This document shows, piece by piece, positions 27,190 through 37,172 of a stretch of 64,000 nucleotides of DNA. The position numbers were made by a program, and so were the translations under genes. The stretch is taken from NCBI GenBank assembly GCA_934747965.1, contig CAKVHI010000003.1, positions 7,025-71,024 on the forward strand. The letters are read 5' to 3'. A model generated the notes under the pieces. The model had not been told where the DNA came from and did no database searches. It saw only the letters and a list, made by a program, of their open reading frames with translations. The stretch is from an uncultured Clostridia bacterium (GTDB taxonomy: Bacteria > Bacillota > Clostridia > Christensenellales > UBA1242). Position 1 is the first letter of the stretch; each line of letters starts with the position of its first letter.

Positions 27190-28035
27190 TTATAAATTAT
27201 TATATATATTTTTAAGTTTAAGGGCATCTGTCGCCATTTTGCCCTTAGACTCACAAATAACTGTTGGATTTAGTTTATATTCCTTAATCACTTTCGCCAA
27301 ATTTTCAAAATCAGGCCCAAACTTTGTGTCCGACAAATCAAGATGTTTTAATTCTCCTTTTTCTGAATAAGCGATTTTAGAAAAATGGATATGAACATTT
27401 TGAGTTTTATTTATTCCAAGTTTTTTAATTGAATAATCAAAAATCTTTCTAAAATCATCTTCGGTTTTCAAACCACCTTGCATAACACAATTAATATGTC
27501 CAAAATCAAATGTAGGAATTAGGCACTTATCAAGAGTGCATAAATCAATAATTTCTTGATAACTTCCAATCTGTGAATATTTACCCATAGTTTCTGGACA
27601 AATTATAAAATTATTTAAACCTTTTTCGTACACTTCACAAAGCAATGCATCATAACCTTGATATAAAACTTTAAGTGCTTCACTTCTTGTATTTTCTAAA
27701 TTTGTTCCGCTGTGAACAACCAGCTTTTTGCCACCAAACAAATTCAAAATATTTAGACTGTTTAAAACATAATTTATAGATTTTTGCCGTGCTTCCAAAC
27801 TAGGATTTGCAAAATTAATAAAATATGGAGCATGAACACTAACTTCAATATTTTGCTTTTTTGCTTCAGCACCCAAAAGGCTAGCCGATTCAGGTTTGAT
27901 TGTTATTCCATTTCCTAGCGAATATTCAAACAATTCTAACCCCAAATTGTTTAGCCATTCAAAAACTTCAATAGTTTTTTTATGTCCTTCACTATAAAAC
28001 AATTCATCATTTCCACTTGGACCAAATTTAACCAT
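27190..28035 (-). CDS. Endonuclease IV-like TIM-barrel protein (xylose isomerase-like fold)
   Basis: SVHAPYFINFANP, VVHSG, CPETMG, FDFGHIN and HIHFS metal-ligand pattern. Start set at MVKFGPSG. Confidence 0.7.
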   Translation of the reverse strand: MVKFGPSGNDELFYSEGHKKTIEVFEWLNNLGLELFEYSLGNGITIKPESASLLGAEAKKQNIEVSVHAPYFINFANPSLEARQKSINYVLNSLNILNLFGGKKLVVHSGTNLENTRSEALKVLYQGYDALLCEVYEKGLNNFIICPETMGKYSQIGSYQEIIDLCTLDKCLIPTFDFGHINCVMQGGLKTEDDFRKIFDYSIKKLGINKTQNVHIHFSKIAYSEKGELKHLDLSDTKFGPDFENLAKVIKEYKLNPTVICESKGKMATDALKLKNIYNNL

Positions 28036-28037
28036 AT

Positions 28038-28895
28038 TTATACCTGCAAATTTGTTTTGATTGAAAGCAAATTGGCACAAACACTGCCAATCCCTATTAA
28101 CTTATTTTGACAATAAACAACAAGATTGTTGGCGTTTTCATGTTCAACTTTAACTTTAACCCCATTAGAAACTTTAAATAACAAATTATCATCTAAAATC
28201 AATTTTTGATAGTCTTTAAGCAAAGTATCTAACTCAGTAATTTTATCAGAAAAGTTGGTATTTGTCAAACTTTTGTAGTAGGTTGAATTTAAAATATCAA
28301 ATTTTCCGCTTTCAACCCTTATTAAAGCACTCATAAAAGCACAAGAATTAGTTAATTTCCCCAAATCTCTTGCAAGACTTCTAATATAAGTTCCACCCTC
28401 ACAAACAATATTAAACAAAAAACTACTTTCGTTTATTTTGCAAATTAATTCAAAATTCTCAACCACAACTTCCTTAGGCTTAATTTCAAAACTTTTACCA
28501 CTTCTTGCAAGTTCGTAAGCCCTTGTTCCATTAATGTTTTTTGCACTGAAATTTGGCGGAATTTGACTGATTTTTCCAACAAGTTGTTTTAATGCAATTT
28601 TTAACTCTTCTTCAGTAGGAATTTTTTTGCAAGTTTTAATAACTTTTCCTTCACTATCAAGAGTATCCGTTTCTTTTCCAAAACAAAATATTGCTCTATA
28701 GACTTTCTTTTTGCTCAAATAATAATCAAAAAGTTTTGTTCCCTTATTAACCATAACAGGCAAAACACCACAAGCCAAGGGGTCAAGAGTGCCTAAGTGC
28801 CCTAATTTTTTTATGTTTAAATTTCTTTTGAGATTAGTCAAAACATAATTACTAGAAATTCCACAAGGTTTATACACATTTATTATTCCGTGCAT
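28038..28895 (-). CDS. truB: tRNA pseudouridine-55 synthase
   Basis: GIINVYKPCGISS...GHLGTLDPLACGVLPV has the catalytic Asp motif. Confidence 0.95.
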   Translation of the reverse strand: MHGIINVYKPCGISSNYVLTNLKRNLNIKKLGHLGTLDPLACGVLPVMVNKGTKLFDYYLSKKKVYRAIFCFGKETDTLDSEGKVIKTCKKIPTEEELKIALKQLVGKISQIPPNFSAKNINGTRAYELARSGKSFEIKPKEVVVENFELICKINESSFLFNIVCEGGTYIRSLARDLGKLTNSCAFMSALIRVESGKFDILNSTYYKSLTNTNFSDKITELDTLLKDYQKLILDDNLLFKVSNGVKVKVEHENANNLVVYCQNKLIGIGSVCANLLSIKTNLQV

Positions 28896-29839
28896 TTAAG
28901 ATATTCCTTTGCTTTTTCAATAATTTTTTTCTTTACACTGTTTTTGTTGCCATAAATTTTGCACCCAGAAGCAAATTTATGTCCTCCACCGCCAAAAAGA
29001 CGGGCAAAATTACAAACATCAGTATTTGCACTTCTAAACGAAACCCTAAACACGCCTTCTTTTTCTTCACAAATTACGCAAATAATTTTGTAGTTTTCAA
29101 GCCCAGATAACGAAAAAATAATGCATGGTGTATAGTCTATTTCAACATCGTACTTTTGTAAATCTTTTTGCAAAATATAGGTTAATGCCAAACTATTGTC
29201 AAAAAAACTTTCAAGCCTTTGTATTGTTTCTGCTGTTAATTTTAATTGATTTAATTTCTTTTCCCTAAACAATGTGTAATTAATTTTTTCTATCTCTTCA
29301 TTTATATCCTTACAAAGGTTTTCAGCAACCTCATATAAGTTGTTTGTTATGTTATACAAAAAACACCCACTATCCGTTGCTAAACCCGTGTAAAGCGAAA
29401 TTTTAATGCTTTTTGTGAAATTTATTTTTAATTCTTTTAAAAAATAATACAATATTTCACATGTAGAGCTTGCATCACTATTAACAACCTGAAATTTAGT
29501 AAAATTTTCATTATTTAAATGATGGTCAATATTTATGATATTTTCGCAATTTTTTAATACTTTTTCCATCGTGCCTATTCGTTTAATTTCACCACAATCA
29601 AGCACAAAGGCTAGGTCATATTTTTTGTTTTGACACTCAGTTTTTATTTCATCAGTTTTCAAAAACCACAAACGGTCGCCAATTTCGTCTTGAGAAAATA
29701 CATCAACATTTTTTCCAAGTTGTTCCAAAGCTTCTTTAAGTGCCAAACTAGACCCTATAGCATCGCCATCTGGATTAATATGAAAAAATATTGCAATATT
29801 TTTTGATTTTTCAATTAAAGTTTTAATCTCTTTTGTCAT
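28883..29839 (-). CDS. nrnA: DHH/DHHA1 phosphoesterase, NrnA-like oligoribonuclease/pAp phosphatase
   Basis: HINPDGDAIGS, NIDHH and GGGGHKFASG motifs. Confidence 0.85.
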   Translation of the reverse strand: MTKEIKTLIEKSKNIAIFFHINPDGDAIGSSLALKEALEQLGKNVDVFSQDEIGDRLWFLKTDEIKTECQNKKYDLAFVLDCGEIKRIGTMEKVLKNCENIINIDHHLNNENFTKFQVVNSDASSTCEILYYFLKELKINFTKSIKISLYTGLATDSGCFLYNITNNLYEVAENLCKDINEEIEKINYTLFREKKLNQLKLTAETIQRLESFFDNSLALTYILQKDLQKYDVEIDYTPCIIFSLSGLENYKIICVICEEKEGVFRVSFRSANTDVCNFARLFGGGGHKFASGCKIYGNKNSVKKKIIEKAKEYLKCTE

Positions 29840-30176
29840 TATTAAGCCCTTTTAAAAGTTCATTTATGCGGTTTTCATTATTTATTCCTTCATCCAAAGA
29901 AAAAACAAGTTCTGGAGTTATCCTTAATTTAACATTTTTAGCAATTTCACGCCTTAAAAACGGAATGCTATTTTTTATTATATTAAAACTCATCTCTTTT
30001 TTGTCATCAGGGAAAATGCTTAATTTTATTTTTGCATGGCTTAAATCTGGTGAAGTATCAACATCAAGAACAGACACAAAAACTCCTTGCAATCTTGGAT
30101 CAGAAAGTTTAAAAGATATAAGTTTTGATAATTCTTTTTGAATTTCACTGTTTATTTTTAAAATTCGATTTGACAT
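29823..30176 (-). CDS. rbfA: Ribosome-binding factor A
   Basis: 117 aa; RILKINSEIQKELSKLI and its position after infB. Confidence 0.9.
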   Translation of the reverse strand: MSNRILKINSEIQKELSKLISFKLSDPRLQGVFVSVLDVDTSPDLSHAKIKLSIFPDDKKEMSFNIIKNSIPFLRREIAKNVKLRITPELVFSLDEGINNENRINELLKGLNNDKRD

Positions 30177-30186
30177 AACACCACCT

Positions 30187-32598
30187 CTAAAAAACTACTC
30201 TTTCCAAATTATATGCACTAATTTTGTCGCCAACTTCAAATTTTTCAAAGCCCTCAAGCTTGATACCACATTCAAAAGTTACACCAACTTCTTTAACATC
30301 ATCCTTTTTGATTTTCAAACTTTCAAGTTTATATGCTCCAATTTCTTCGCCATTACGAATAACCTTACACAATGCCCCTCTTTGAATTTTCCCATCAAGA
30401 ACGATGCTTCCAGCAACAATGCCAATTCCAGTAATTTTGTACACCATTCTAACTTCAGCAGAGCCTGTATAAATTTCGTTAAATTTAGGTGCAAACATAC
30501 TCTTCATTTTATTTGTTAAATAGTCTATAACATCATAAATAATTTTTGAATAATAAACTTCGATTTTTTCTTTTTCGATAATATCTCTTGCCTTGTTATC
30601 TGTTTTTGTGTTGAAGCAAATAATAACCGAATTTGTTGTTTTTGCAAGATTTGCATCAGTTTCATTAACATTACCAACAGAGCTTGAAATAACATTAACT
30701 TTAACTTCTTCACTTTGAATAGCCAAAACACTTTGTTTTAGTGCTTCACTAGAGCCCTGAACATCGGCTTTTATGATAACATTTAATTGCTTTTTCATAT
30801 TGTCTTCGGCTTTATGGAACAAATCTTCTGCCGAAACGCCAGATGAATTAGAAATTCTTTCTCGTTTCAAATTTGTTTTTCTTTCTTCAATTAGTTGTTT
30901 AGACATTTTTTCATCAACAACATAGGCTTTATCCCCTGCTTGAGGCACTGCATCCAAACCTAAAACCGATATAGGCATACTTGGTCCAGCAGATTTAACA
31001 TTTTTACCATTTTCATCAATCATTGCTCTTATTCTTCCAAGTGCAAGACCAACAACCATAGTATCTCCAACATGAAGCGTTCCGTTTTGAATAAGAATTG
31101 TTGCAACCGGACCTTTACCTTTGTCTAGTTTAGATTCAATAACAGAGCCTGTTGCTTTTTGAGTTGGATCGGCTTTTAAATCTAACACATCGGCTTGTAA
31201 CAAAACCATCTCAAGCAATTTATCAATATTTTGATTTTGCTTAGCACTTATTGGCACCATAATTGTATCTCCGCCCCATTCATCGCTCAAAACATCATGG
31301 TCAGCAAGTTGTTGTTTTACTTTTTCTATGTTTGCAGTTGGTTTATCAATTTTGTTAATTGCAACAACCATTGGAACATTTGCATTTTTTATGTGTTTAA
31401 TTGCTTCCAAAGTTTGAGGCATCAATCCGTCATCTGCCGCAACAACCAAAATAGCAACATCTGTAATATTTGCACCACGCTCACGCATTGCCGTGAAAGC
31501 AGCATGACCCGGAGTGTCAATAAAAGTTATCATTCTATTGTTAATCTTAACTGTATAGGCTCCGATATGTTGTGTTATACCGCCCGCTTCTCCGCTTATA
31601 ACATTTGTTTTTCTTATTGCATCCAAAAGAGAGGTTTTGCCGTGGTCAACATGGCCCATAACCGTAACAACTGGTGCACGCCTAACCAAATTACCCTCAA
31701 CGGTTTCTCCGACCATTTTGCTTAATTTTTCCTCAAAAGTTTCAGGTTTTTTATATTCAAGACTAACTCCAAGTTCACTGCAAACAAGTTCAGCCGTGTC
31801 AAAATCAATAGAGCTGTTAATAGTGCTCATAATGCCCAAAATGAATAATTTTTTAACAATTTCAGCAACTGGTTTACCAATTTTTTCACTCAAATCTTTA
31901 ACACTTATGGTTTCAGTATCCATAACGGCTTTATCAATAACAGAAATCACTTGTTGTTGCACTTTTTCTTTCTTAGTTTTAACTCTTCTATATTTTACGC
32001 TTTCGCTTTCATTAAGGTCATCATTAATCAAACTCATTTTAAATTGAGCTTTTTTATTCAATGTCTTTTTCTCTTGAGTTTGTTCAACAGGTTTTTTCTT
32101 AATTCTTGTTCGTTCTTTTTCTTTTAAGTCAATAAGGGGTTCAACAAAACTTGGCTTTCCAAAAGGTTTTTGACCAGATTTAACAAAAGGTCTTTGTGAA
32201 TTATTTTTATTGAAAGGACGATCTCCATTAGGTTTGTCTTGCTTGATAAATGGTTTGCCAAAATTACGCTTATCATTATCAAAACGCCTTTCTCCGTTAA
32301 AAGGTCTGTTTGTTCTGTCAAAAGGTCTTTTAACTTCCTTTTGTTGTTCTTTTTCGGTTCTTTGTTGTTGTAAAATAGCCTTTTGTCTTTCTTTTTCTTG
32401 TTTTTCCGCTTCTTTTGCTTCTTCAAGTTGTGCAACCTTTAAAGAATTAAATTTTTCCGCAAGTTTTCCACAAAAAATATCCAAACTGTCTTTGGCTTTT
32501 CTAAGTTCGGCTATACTTTTATCAACAACTTTGTCTTGTCTTAAATTTTCCAAATTTTTGATGTTTTCAATTTTGTTGTTTTCTTCTTTATTTATCAT
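30187..32598 (-). CDS. infB: Translation initiation factor IF-2
   Basis: GTPase motifs [17 protein letters not shown] and NKID, with a long basic N-terminal region. Confidence 0.97.
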   Translation of the reverse strand: MINKEENNKIENIKNLENLRQDKVVDKSIAELRKAKDSLDIFCGKLAEKFNSLKVAQLEEAKEAEKQEKERQKAILQQQRTEKEQQKEVKRPFDRTNRPFNGERRFDNDKRNFGKPFIKQDKPNGDRPFNKNNSQRPFVKSGQKPFGKPSFVEPLIDLKEKERTRIKKKPVEQTQEKKTLNKKAQFKMSLINDDLNESESVKYRRVKTKKEKVQQQVISVIDKAVMDTETISVKDLSEKIGKPVAEIVKKLFILGIMSTINSSIDFDTAELVCSELGVSLEYKKPETFEEKLSKMVGETVEGNLVRRAPVVTVMGHVDHGKTSLLDAIRKTNVISGEAGGITQHIGAYTVKINNRMITFIDTPGHAAFTAMRERGANITDVAILVVAADDGLMPQTLEAIKHIKNANVPMVVAINKIDKPTANIEKVKQQLADHDVLSDEWGGDTIMVPISAKQNQNIDKLLEMVLLQADVLDLKADPTQKATGSVIESKLDKGKGPVATILIQNGTLHVGDTMVVGLALGRIRAMIDENGKNVKSAGPSMPISVLGLDAVPQAGDKAYVVDEKMSKQLIEERKTNLKRERISNSSGVSAEDLFHKAEDNMKKQLNVIIKADVQGSSEALKQSVLAIQSEEVKVNVISSSVGNVNETDANLAKTTNSVIICFNTKTDNKARDIIEKEKIEVYYSKIIYDVIDYLTNKMKSMFAPKFNEIYTGSAEVRMVYKITGIGIVAGSIVLDGKIQRGALCKVIRNGEEIGAYKLESLKIKKDDVKEVGVTFECGIKLEGFEKFEVGDKISAYNLERVVF

Positions 32599-32599
32599 A

Positions 32600-32851
32600 C
32601 TACCCCTTAAATTCTTCTAGTTTCTCATACACTTCATTATTAACGTTGCTTTTAAACACTTTGTTAATTAGTTTATTTTTTATTACTTTGTTTATGCATT
32701 CAACATCTTTGCAAATATAACAACTTCTTCCATTTTGTGGTGTATCATCAATCAAAATTTTGTTAGAAGTGCTTTTAGTTATTTTTATTAAATTTGTTTT
32801 TGTTTTGTCAAACTTTTGTCTGCAAGCAATACAAGTTCTAATATTTTTCAT
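32600..32851 (-). CDS. ylxR: YlxR/RnpM family RNA-binding protein (DUF448)
   Basis: RTCIACRQKFDKTKTNLIKI motif, between nusA and infB. Start set at MKNIRTC. Confidence 0.85.
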   Translation of the reverse strand: MKNIRTCIACRQKFDKTKTNLIKITKSTSNKILIDDTPQNGRSCYICKDVECINKVIKNKLINKVFKSNVNNEVYEKLEEFKG

Positions 32852-32852
32852 A

Positions 32853-33959
32853 CTAATCCTTAAACATATCATCTAAATCTGTTGGCAAATCTTCAAAAGT
32901 ATTAACTATAGGTTTTTCTTCCTTACTGCTTTCAGCCTTAACATCAATTTTAATGCCAACCAATCTTGCTGCAAGTCTAACATTAATTCCGCCCGCACCA
33001 ATCGCTAAAGATAATTTATCATCAGGAACGATTGCTCTTGTAGTTTTTTCATCAACAAAACTAACGGAATTAACTTTTCCTGGGCTCAATGCTCTTGCAA
33101 CAAACACAAGCGGGTCATCAGACCATAAAATAATATCAATTTTTTCGCCATTAAGTTCATTAACAATAGAATTGATTCTCATTCCTCTGTTACCAACACA
33201 AGCACCAACAGCATCAATGTTTTCATTAGAAGAATAAACTGCAATTTTTGTTCTTTGACCAGCTTCACGGCTAATGCTTTTTATTTCAACTTCACCATTT
33301 TGGATTTCTGGCACCTCAAGTTCAAACAATTTTCTTACAAAACCAGTATTTGCTCTTGAAACTTGAACAACAGGAGATTTCACATCATCTTCTCTAATTT
33401 TTTTCACATAAACTTTAATTTTTGTGTTAATATAATATTTTTCGCCTTTAATTTGGTCATTTTCTCCCATTACAGCTTCCAAACCATTGTTTCCAATTTC
33501 AACAAAAACATTTTTATTTTCAATTCTTCTAACAATGCCTGTAACAATCTCATCTTCTTTTTCAGTTATTTCGCCAATCATTCGTTCTCTTTCAAGTTCA
33601 CGAAGTTTTTGCATAACAACTTGTTTTGCTGTTTGTGCTGCAATTCTTCCAAAGTCTTTTGGAGTTTCTTCTTTTTCAACTAAGTCGCCAATCTTATAAG
33701 ATTTTTTTATAAGTCTTGCATCTTCCAAACTAATTTCTTTATCTGGATCTTCAACCACTTCTTTAACTTCTTTATAAGAATAAACCCTAATAGTGTTTTT
33801 TTCGGGATTCAATTTTACGCTTGCAAGTTTTGCTTCTCCTATGTGTTTTTTATAGGCACTTGTAAGTGCAGTTTCCAAAGCCTTAACAAAACTTTCCTTG
33901 CTTATTTTTCTTTCTCTTTCCAAATCATCTAGTGCTTGAAAAAAATCTTTACTTATCAT
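32853..33959 (-). CDS. nusA: Transcription termination/antitermination factor NusA
   Basis: NTD, S1 and two KH domains (GACVGNRGMRINSIVNEL, LAIGAGGINVRLAARL). Confidence 0.97.
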   Translation of the reverse strand: MISKDFFQALDDLERERKISKESFVKALETALTSAYKKHIGEAKLASVKLNPEKNTIRVYSYKEVKEVVEDPDKEISLEDARLIKKSYKIGDLVEKEETPKDFGRIAAQTAKQVVMQKLRELERERMIGEITEKEDEIVTGIVRRIENKNVFVEIGNNGLEAVMGENDQIKGEKYYINTKIKVYVKKIREDDVKSPVVQVSRANTGFVRKLFELEVPEIQNGEVEIKSISREAGQRTKIAVYSSNENIDAVGACVGNRGMRINSIVNELNGEKIDIILWSDDPLVFVARALSPGKVNSVSFVDEKTTRAIVPDDKLSLAIGAGGINVRLAARLVGIKIDVKAESSKEEKPIVNTFEDLPTDLDDMFKD

Positions 33960-33973
33960 TCTATAGTTCTCCT

Positions 33974-34423
33974 TTAAAACTTAATATAAGGCATTGCCTT
34001 TAAATTCTTCGTAATTTTTACTGTTTTTGTTGTGTTTTTTATTTTAAGTTTGACCTCATCATCAAAAACATCCAACACAGTCGCAACTTGTTTTTTGTTG
34101 TCAACAAAAATTTCAATTTCTTTGCCTAAAAACCTTTCAAAATCTCGCTTAACCAAAATAGGTCTGTCTAGCCCCAAACTAGAAACATTAAGACTATAAC
34201 TTAAATCACAGGTAGGATTAAGTTCATCTAATGGTTCATCCAAGGCCTTAGAAACAGTTTTGCAGTCGTCAAAAGTTATTCCTTTATCGTTGTAGATAAC
34301 AATAGTAATATAGCGTTCGCCTTCCACTTCTTCATACTTTGCTTCAACAAATTCATAACCCAAATTTTCAACAATAGGTTTGCAAAGATTTGAAACATCC
34401 TCTATTATTTTTTGTTTGTTCAT
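33974..34423 (-). CDS. rimP: Ribosome maturation factor RimP
   Basis: 149 aa; GYEFVEAKYEEVEGERYITIVI..., just upstream of nusA. Confidence 0.9.
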   Translation of the reverse strand: MNKQKIIEDVSNLCKPIVENLGYEFVEAKYEEVEGERYITIVIYNDKGITFDDCKTVSKALDEPLDELNPTCDLSYSLNVSSLGLDRPILVKRDFERFLGKEIEIFVDNKKQVATVLDVFDDEVKLKIKNTTKTVKITKNLKAMPYIKF

Positions 34424-34441
34424 AACCTTCCTTTTTAATAA

Positions 34442-34470
34442 TTAGGAGCGGACTTTTTTGCCCACTCCTA
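34442..34470 (-). promoter_or_regulatory. GC-rich leader hairpin in the rimP-nusA-infB 5'UTR (possible attenuator)
   Basis: Minus strand TAGGAGTGGGC-AAAAAAG-TCCGCTCCTA followed by ATTATT. It lies between the promoter and the rimP SD. Confidence 0.45.
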
Positions 34471-34483
34471 ACTTAGTAATAGT

Positions 34484-34512
34484 ATTTTAACACACTTAAA
34501 AAATTTTTGCAA
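34484..34512 (-). promoter_or_regulatory. Promoter TTGCAA-N17-(TGt)TAAAAT for the rimP operon
   Basis: Hexamers read on the minus strand. Confidence 0.6.
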
Positions 34513-34517
34513 CAATT

Positions 34518-36026
34518 TTAATAAAATTTTTCAACTAATTTTATAAAAACTTTTGCTGTCGCTAAAGCATCATTTATCGCCCTATGTGCATTAATTAATG
34601 GAACATTCAAGGCTTCAGAAATTGTTTTTAATTTATAATTTCTTAAAAAGATGTGTTTTTTTGCAATATTTAGTGTATCCTCCATTTTGTTAGAAAAAAC
34701 ATAATCTATTCGTCTTGAATAATAATCAATAAATCCAAAGTCGAATTGAATATTCTGCCCAACCAAAATGGCATTTTTTGTGAATTTATAAAAATCAGGA
34801 AGTATATCTTCAAGTTGAGGAGCATCTTTAACCATTTCATCAGTTATGCCTGTAATTCTTGTTATTTCTTTGCTGATTTTTTGCATAGGATTTACAAATC
34901 CCGAAAAAGTTTCAACAATTCTTCCATTTTTAATTTTAACAGCACCAATTTCGGTAACTTTATTGGTTTTGTAATCAAGCCCTGTTGTTTCAAGGTCAAA
35001 CACAACAAATTCGTTATTCTGTAAATATTCTTTTTGTACAAAATTATCAAATAAATTTGCTTGGTTAATTTCAACATATTCGGTTGGATGAATAAAGCGA
35101 TAATCATTATATTCCCTGTTTATTTCTTTTTTTGGCTTTTCATATTCACATATTTCACATTTTGCAATAGATTTTATCTTAAAACTTAAATTATTATTAA
35201 AATTATCCAAACTACCTTGCATTATTATGTCAATTCCATTAACTATAGTTTTTGCAATTTCCAAATTTTTCTTTGATGGAAAAAAACTAGCATTAAAAAC
35301 TTTGTCTAAACATTTAACTATCAAAGCATACCTAATCCCCTTTGTCTGTCCATCCTTTTTTGTAAATTCAATTTCTTCGATTTTTTCAAGGTGTCCACAC
35401 AAACAGATATTTTCTTCAGGATTTTTATAATACTCAAATGGATAGCAACTAGTATCTTGAATTTCACCAATAATGTTTTCAACTTTGTTTACCTTCATTT
35501 TGTTAATCAAAATAGGTTCTAGCAAATTGTTTAAAATTTCGTTTTTATGCTCATCAAGATTTTTTTGCTCACACTCAATAATGTTGGTTGAAATTTCAAA
35601 ATTATAAAAATATAGACTGTTTAAATATTCTAATATTTTCTGTTTAATAGTCTGAGTTTCACTTTCAGTCAGAGCAAGAGAAAGACTAATATAAAACGAG
35701 TTGTCAGTTTGTTTTGAGTTTATTTCTTTCAAACTGTAGTAGCACGCAACAAAATGAGATTTTAAATAATTTTTAATCATGCTGTTTAATCTTTCTTCAT
35801 CCAAAAAAGCCTTAATAATCTTAATGTTATAATTTATATCAAGATTTCCCACATATTTTTTAACTAAATTTTCAATAACATCTTTCTTGCTTAAAAAATC
35901 ATCATAATTTAATTCTTCACACAAAAAAGTTAGATTAAGTTGATTTTTGCTTTTTTCAAAAACAACTTCGCCTAACTTTAAATTATTAACATCATTATTT
36001 TTTAAATAATCAAGAATTTTTTCCAT
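34518..36026 (-). CDS. PolC-like N-terminal/OB domain fused to a DEDDh 3'-5' exonuclease (no PHP or polymerase domains)
   Basis: The C-terminal 170 aa carry FVVFDLETTGL, GQNIQFDFGF and HRAINDALATAKVF. The upstream 330 aa resemble the PolC NTD and OB fold. The gene sits in the polC slot between rseP and rimP. Confidence 0.7.
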   Translation of the reverse strand: MEKILDYLKNNDVNNLKLGEVVFEKSKNQLNLTFLCEELNYDDFLSKKDVIENLVKKYVGNLDINYNIKIIKAFLDEERLNSMIKNYLKSHFVACYYSLKEINSKQTDNSFYISLSLALTESETQTIKQKILEYLNSLYFYNFEISTNIIECEQKNLDEHKNEILNNLLEPILINKMKVNKVENIIGEIQDTSCYPFEYYKNPEENICLCGHLEKIEEIEFTKKDGQTKGIRYALIVKCLDKVFNASFFPSKKNLEIAKTIVNGIDIIMQGSLDNFNNNLSFKIKSIAKCEICEYEKPKKEINREYNDYRFIHPTEYVEINQANLFDNFVQKEYLQNNEFVVFDLETTGLDYKTNKVTEIGAVKIKNGRIVETFSGFVNPMQKISKEITRITGITDEMVKDAPQLEDILPDFYKFTKNAILVGQNIQFDFGFIDYYSRRIDYVFSNKMEDTLNIAKKHIFLRNYKLKTISEALNVPLINAHRAINDALATAKVFIKLVEKFY

Positions 36027-36073
36027 AGTTAAAACTAAAAGATATTTTAATATGCTTTAAAAAATTTGTCAAG

Positions 36074-37090
36074 TTAAAATATTAAGTGATACAAATCAGC
36101 TATAATTACAATAGCAAACAAAACAATAAGCCCTATGGTATGAATACGATTTTCAACCTTCTGATTGATTGGTTTTCCTCTTATCCATTCAACTGTCGTG
36201 AACACCATTTTAGACCCGTCAAGAGCCGGAATTGGAAGCCAATTAAATATTGCAAGGTTTGTTGACAATAGTGGTAATAACACCAAAATATTACTTGCCC
36301 CCTGCATAGACAAGGTTGCCATCGTTTTGATTGTGGTTATTGGTCCACCCAAATTTGAGAGTGCCAATCTTCCCGTTAACAAATGCCAGAACAAAACTAA
36401 AATTTGCCACCCCAGAACAAAAGTAAAAGGAATACACTTTAAAAGTGCTTCGCCAAAACTATATGGAACACTTGTCATATTTATGCCAACTTTAACACTT
36501 TTGTCTGTATCTTCAAAAAATTTAAGATTAATATCTTGTGTTTCACCATTTCTTACAACAGTGATAGTCGCAGTTTCACCAGCCTTATATTTTAAAAGTA
36601 AATCTGTAAAATTATTTCCGTTAATAAAACTTATTTTTGTTCCCTCAACATGAGTGATAATGTCGCCGACCAACAATTCATCTTGTCTTTGACCATTAAT
36701 TTCAACTATATTTGTAATTTTTGGAATATCATATCCAACACTTACAAGCAAAATAAACGAAAATATAATCGCGCTTAAAAAATTAAAAAATGCCCCAAAA
36801 AACAAAACAATCAACCGTTTCCAAGGTTTTTGTTTCATAAAACTTGTTTCTGTTTCTTTATCTGATTCTTCCCCGTCAAAAGCACAATATCCCCCAAGAG
36901 GCACGCACCTTATAGAGAATTTTTCCCCATTTTTTTTGTTTGTTTTAGAAAACAGCGCAGGACCAAAACCAATCGAAAATTCATTAATTTTAAATCCTAA
37001 CATCTTTCCTGCAGTGTAATGACCAAATTCGTGAATTGTTACCATAAAAAGCAAAATCACTATTGCTAAAAGAATATATAAAACTATCAA
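36074..37090 (-). CDS. rseP: RIP metalloprotease RseP/RasP (site-2 protease)
   Basis: HEFGHY zinc motif, a PDZ domain and a C-terminal NWLPIPALDG. TTG 37090 behind SD AAAGGAG is preferred over the ORF-track start 37123. Confidence 0.9.
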   Translation of the reverse strand: MIVLYILLAIVILLFMVTIHEFGHYTAGKMLGFKINEFSIGFGPALFSKTNKKNGEKFSIRCVPLGGYCAFDGEESDKETETSFMKQKPWKRLIVLFFGAFFNFLSAIIFSFILLVSVGYDIPKITNIVEINGQRQDELLVGDIITHVEGTKISFINGNNFTDLLLKYKAGETATITVVRNGETQDINLKFFEDTDKSVKVGINMTSVPYSFGEALLKCIPFTFVLGWQILVLFWHLLTGRLALSNLGGPITTIKTMATLSMQGASNILVLLPLLSTNLAIFNWLPIPALDGSKMVFTTVEWIRGKPINQKVENRIHTIGLIVLFAIVIIADLYHLIF

Positions 37091-37172
37091 ATTTACTCCT
37101 TTATAATCTAAACAATTTAACAAATTTAAATTTTTAAATAAAATTTATTTTCAATATTAATTATATTCCTTT

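Noticed and set aside
31231-32620. Long plus-strand ORFs (31231-31725, 31637-32047, 32210-32620) opposite infB. Similar ones lie opposite rseP (36165-36653), trmFO (51246-51713), spoIIIAG (22186-22548) and others.
   Set aside because: Each lies entirely antisense to a gene with unmistakable family motifs. The translations are low-complexity (Ser/Leu/Phe-rich) with no start context. These are typical shadow ORFs.
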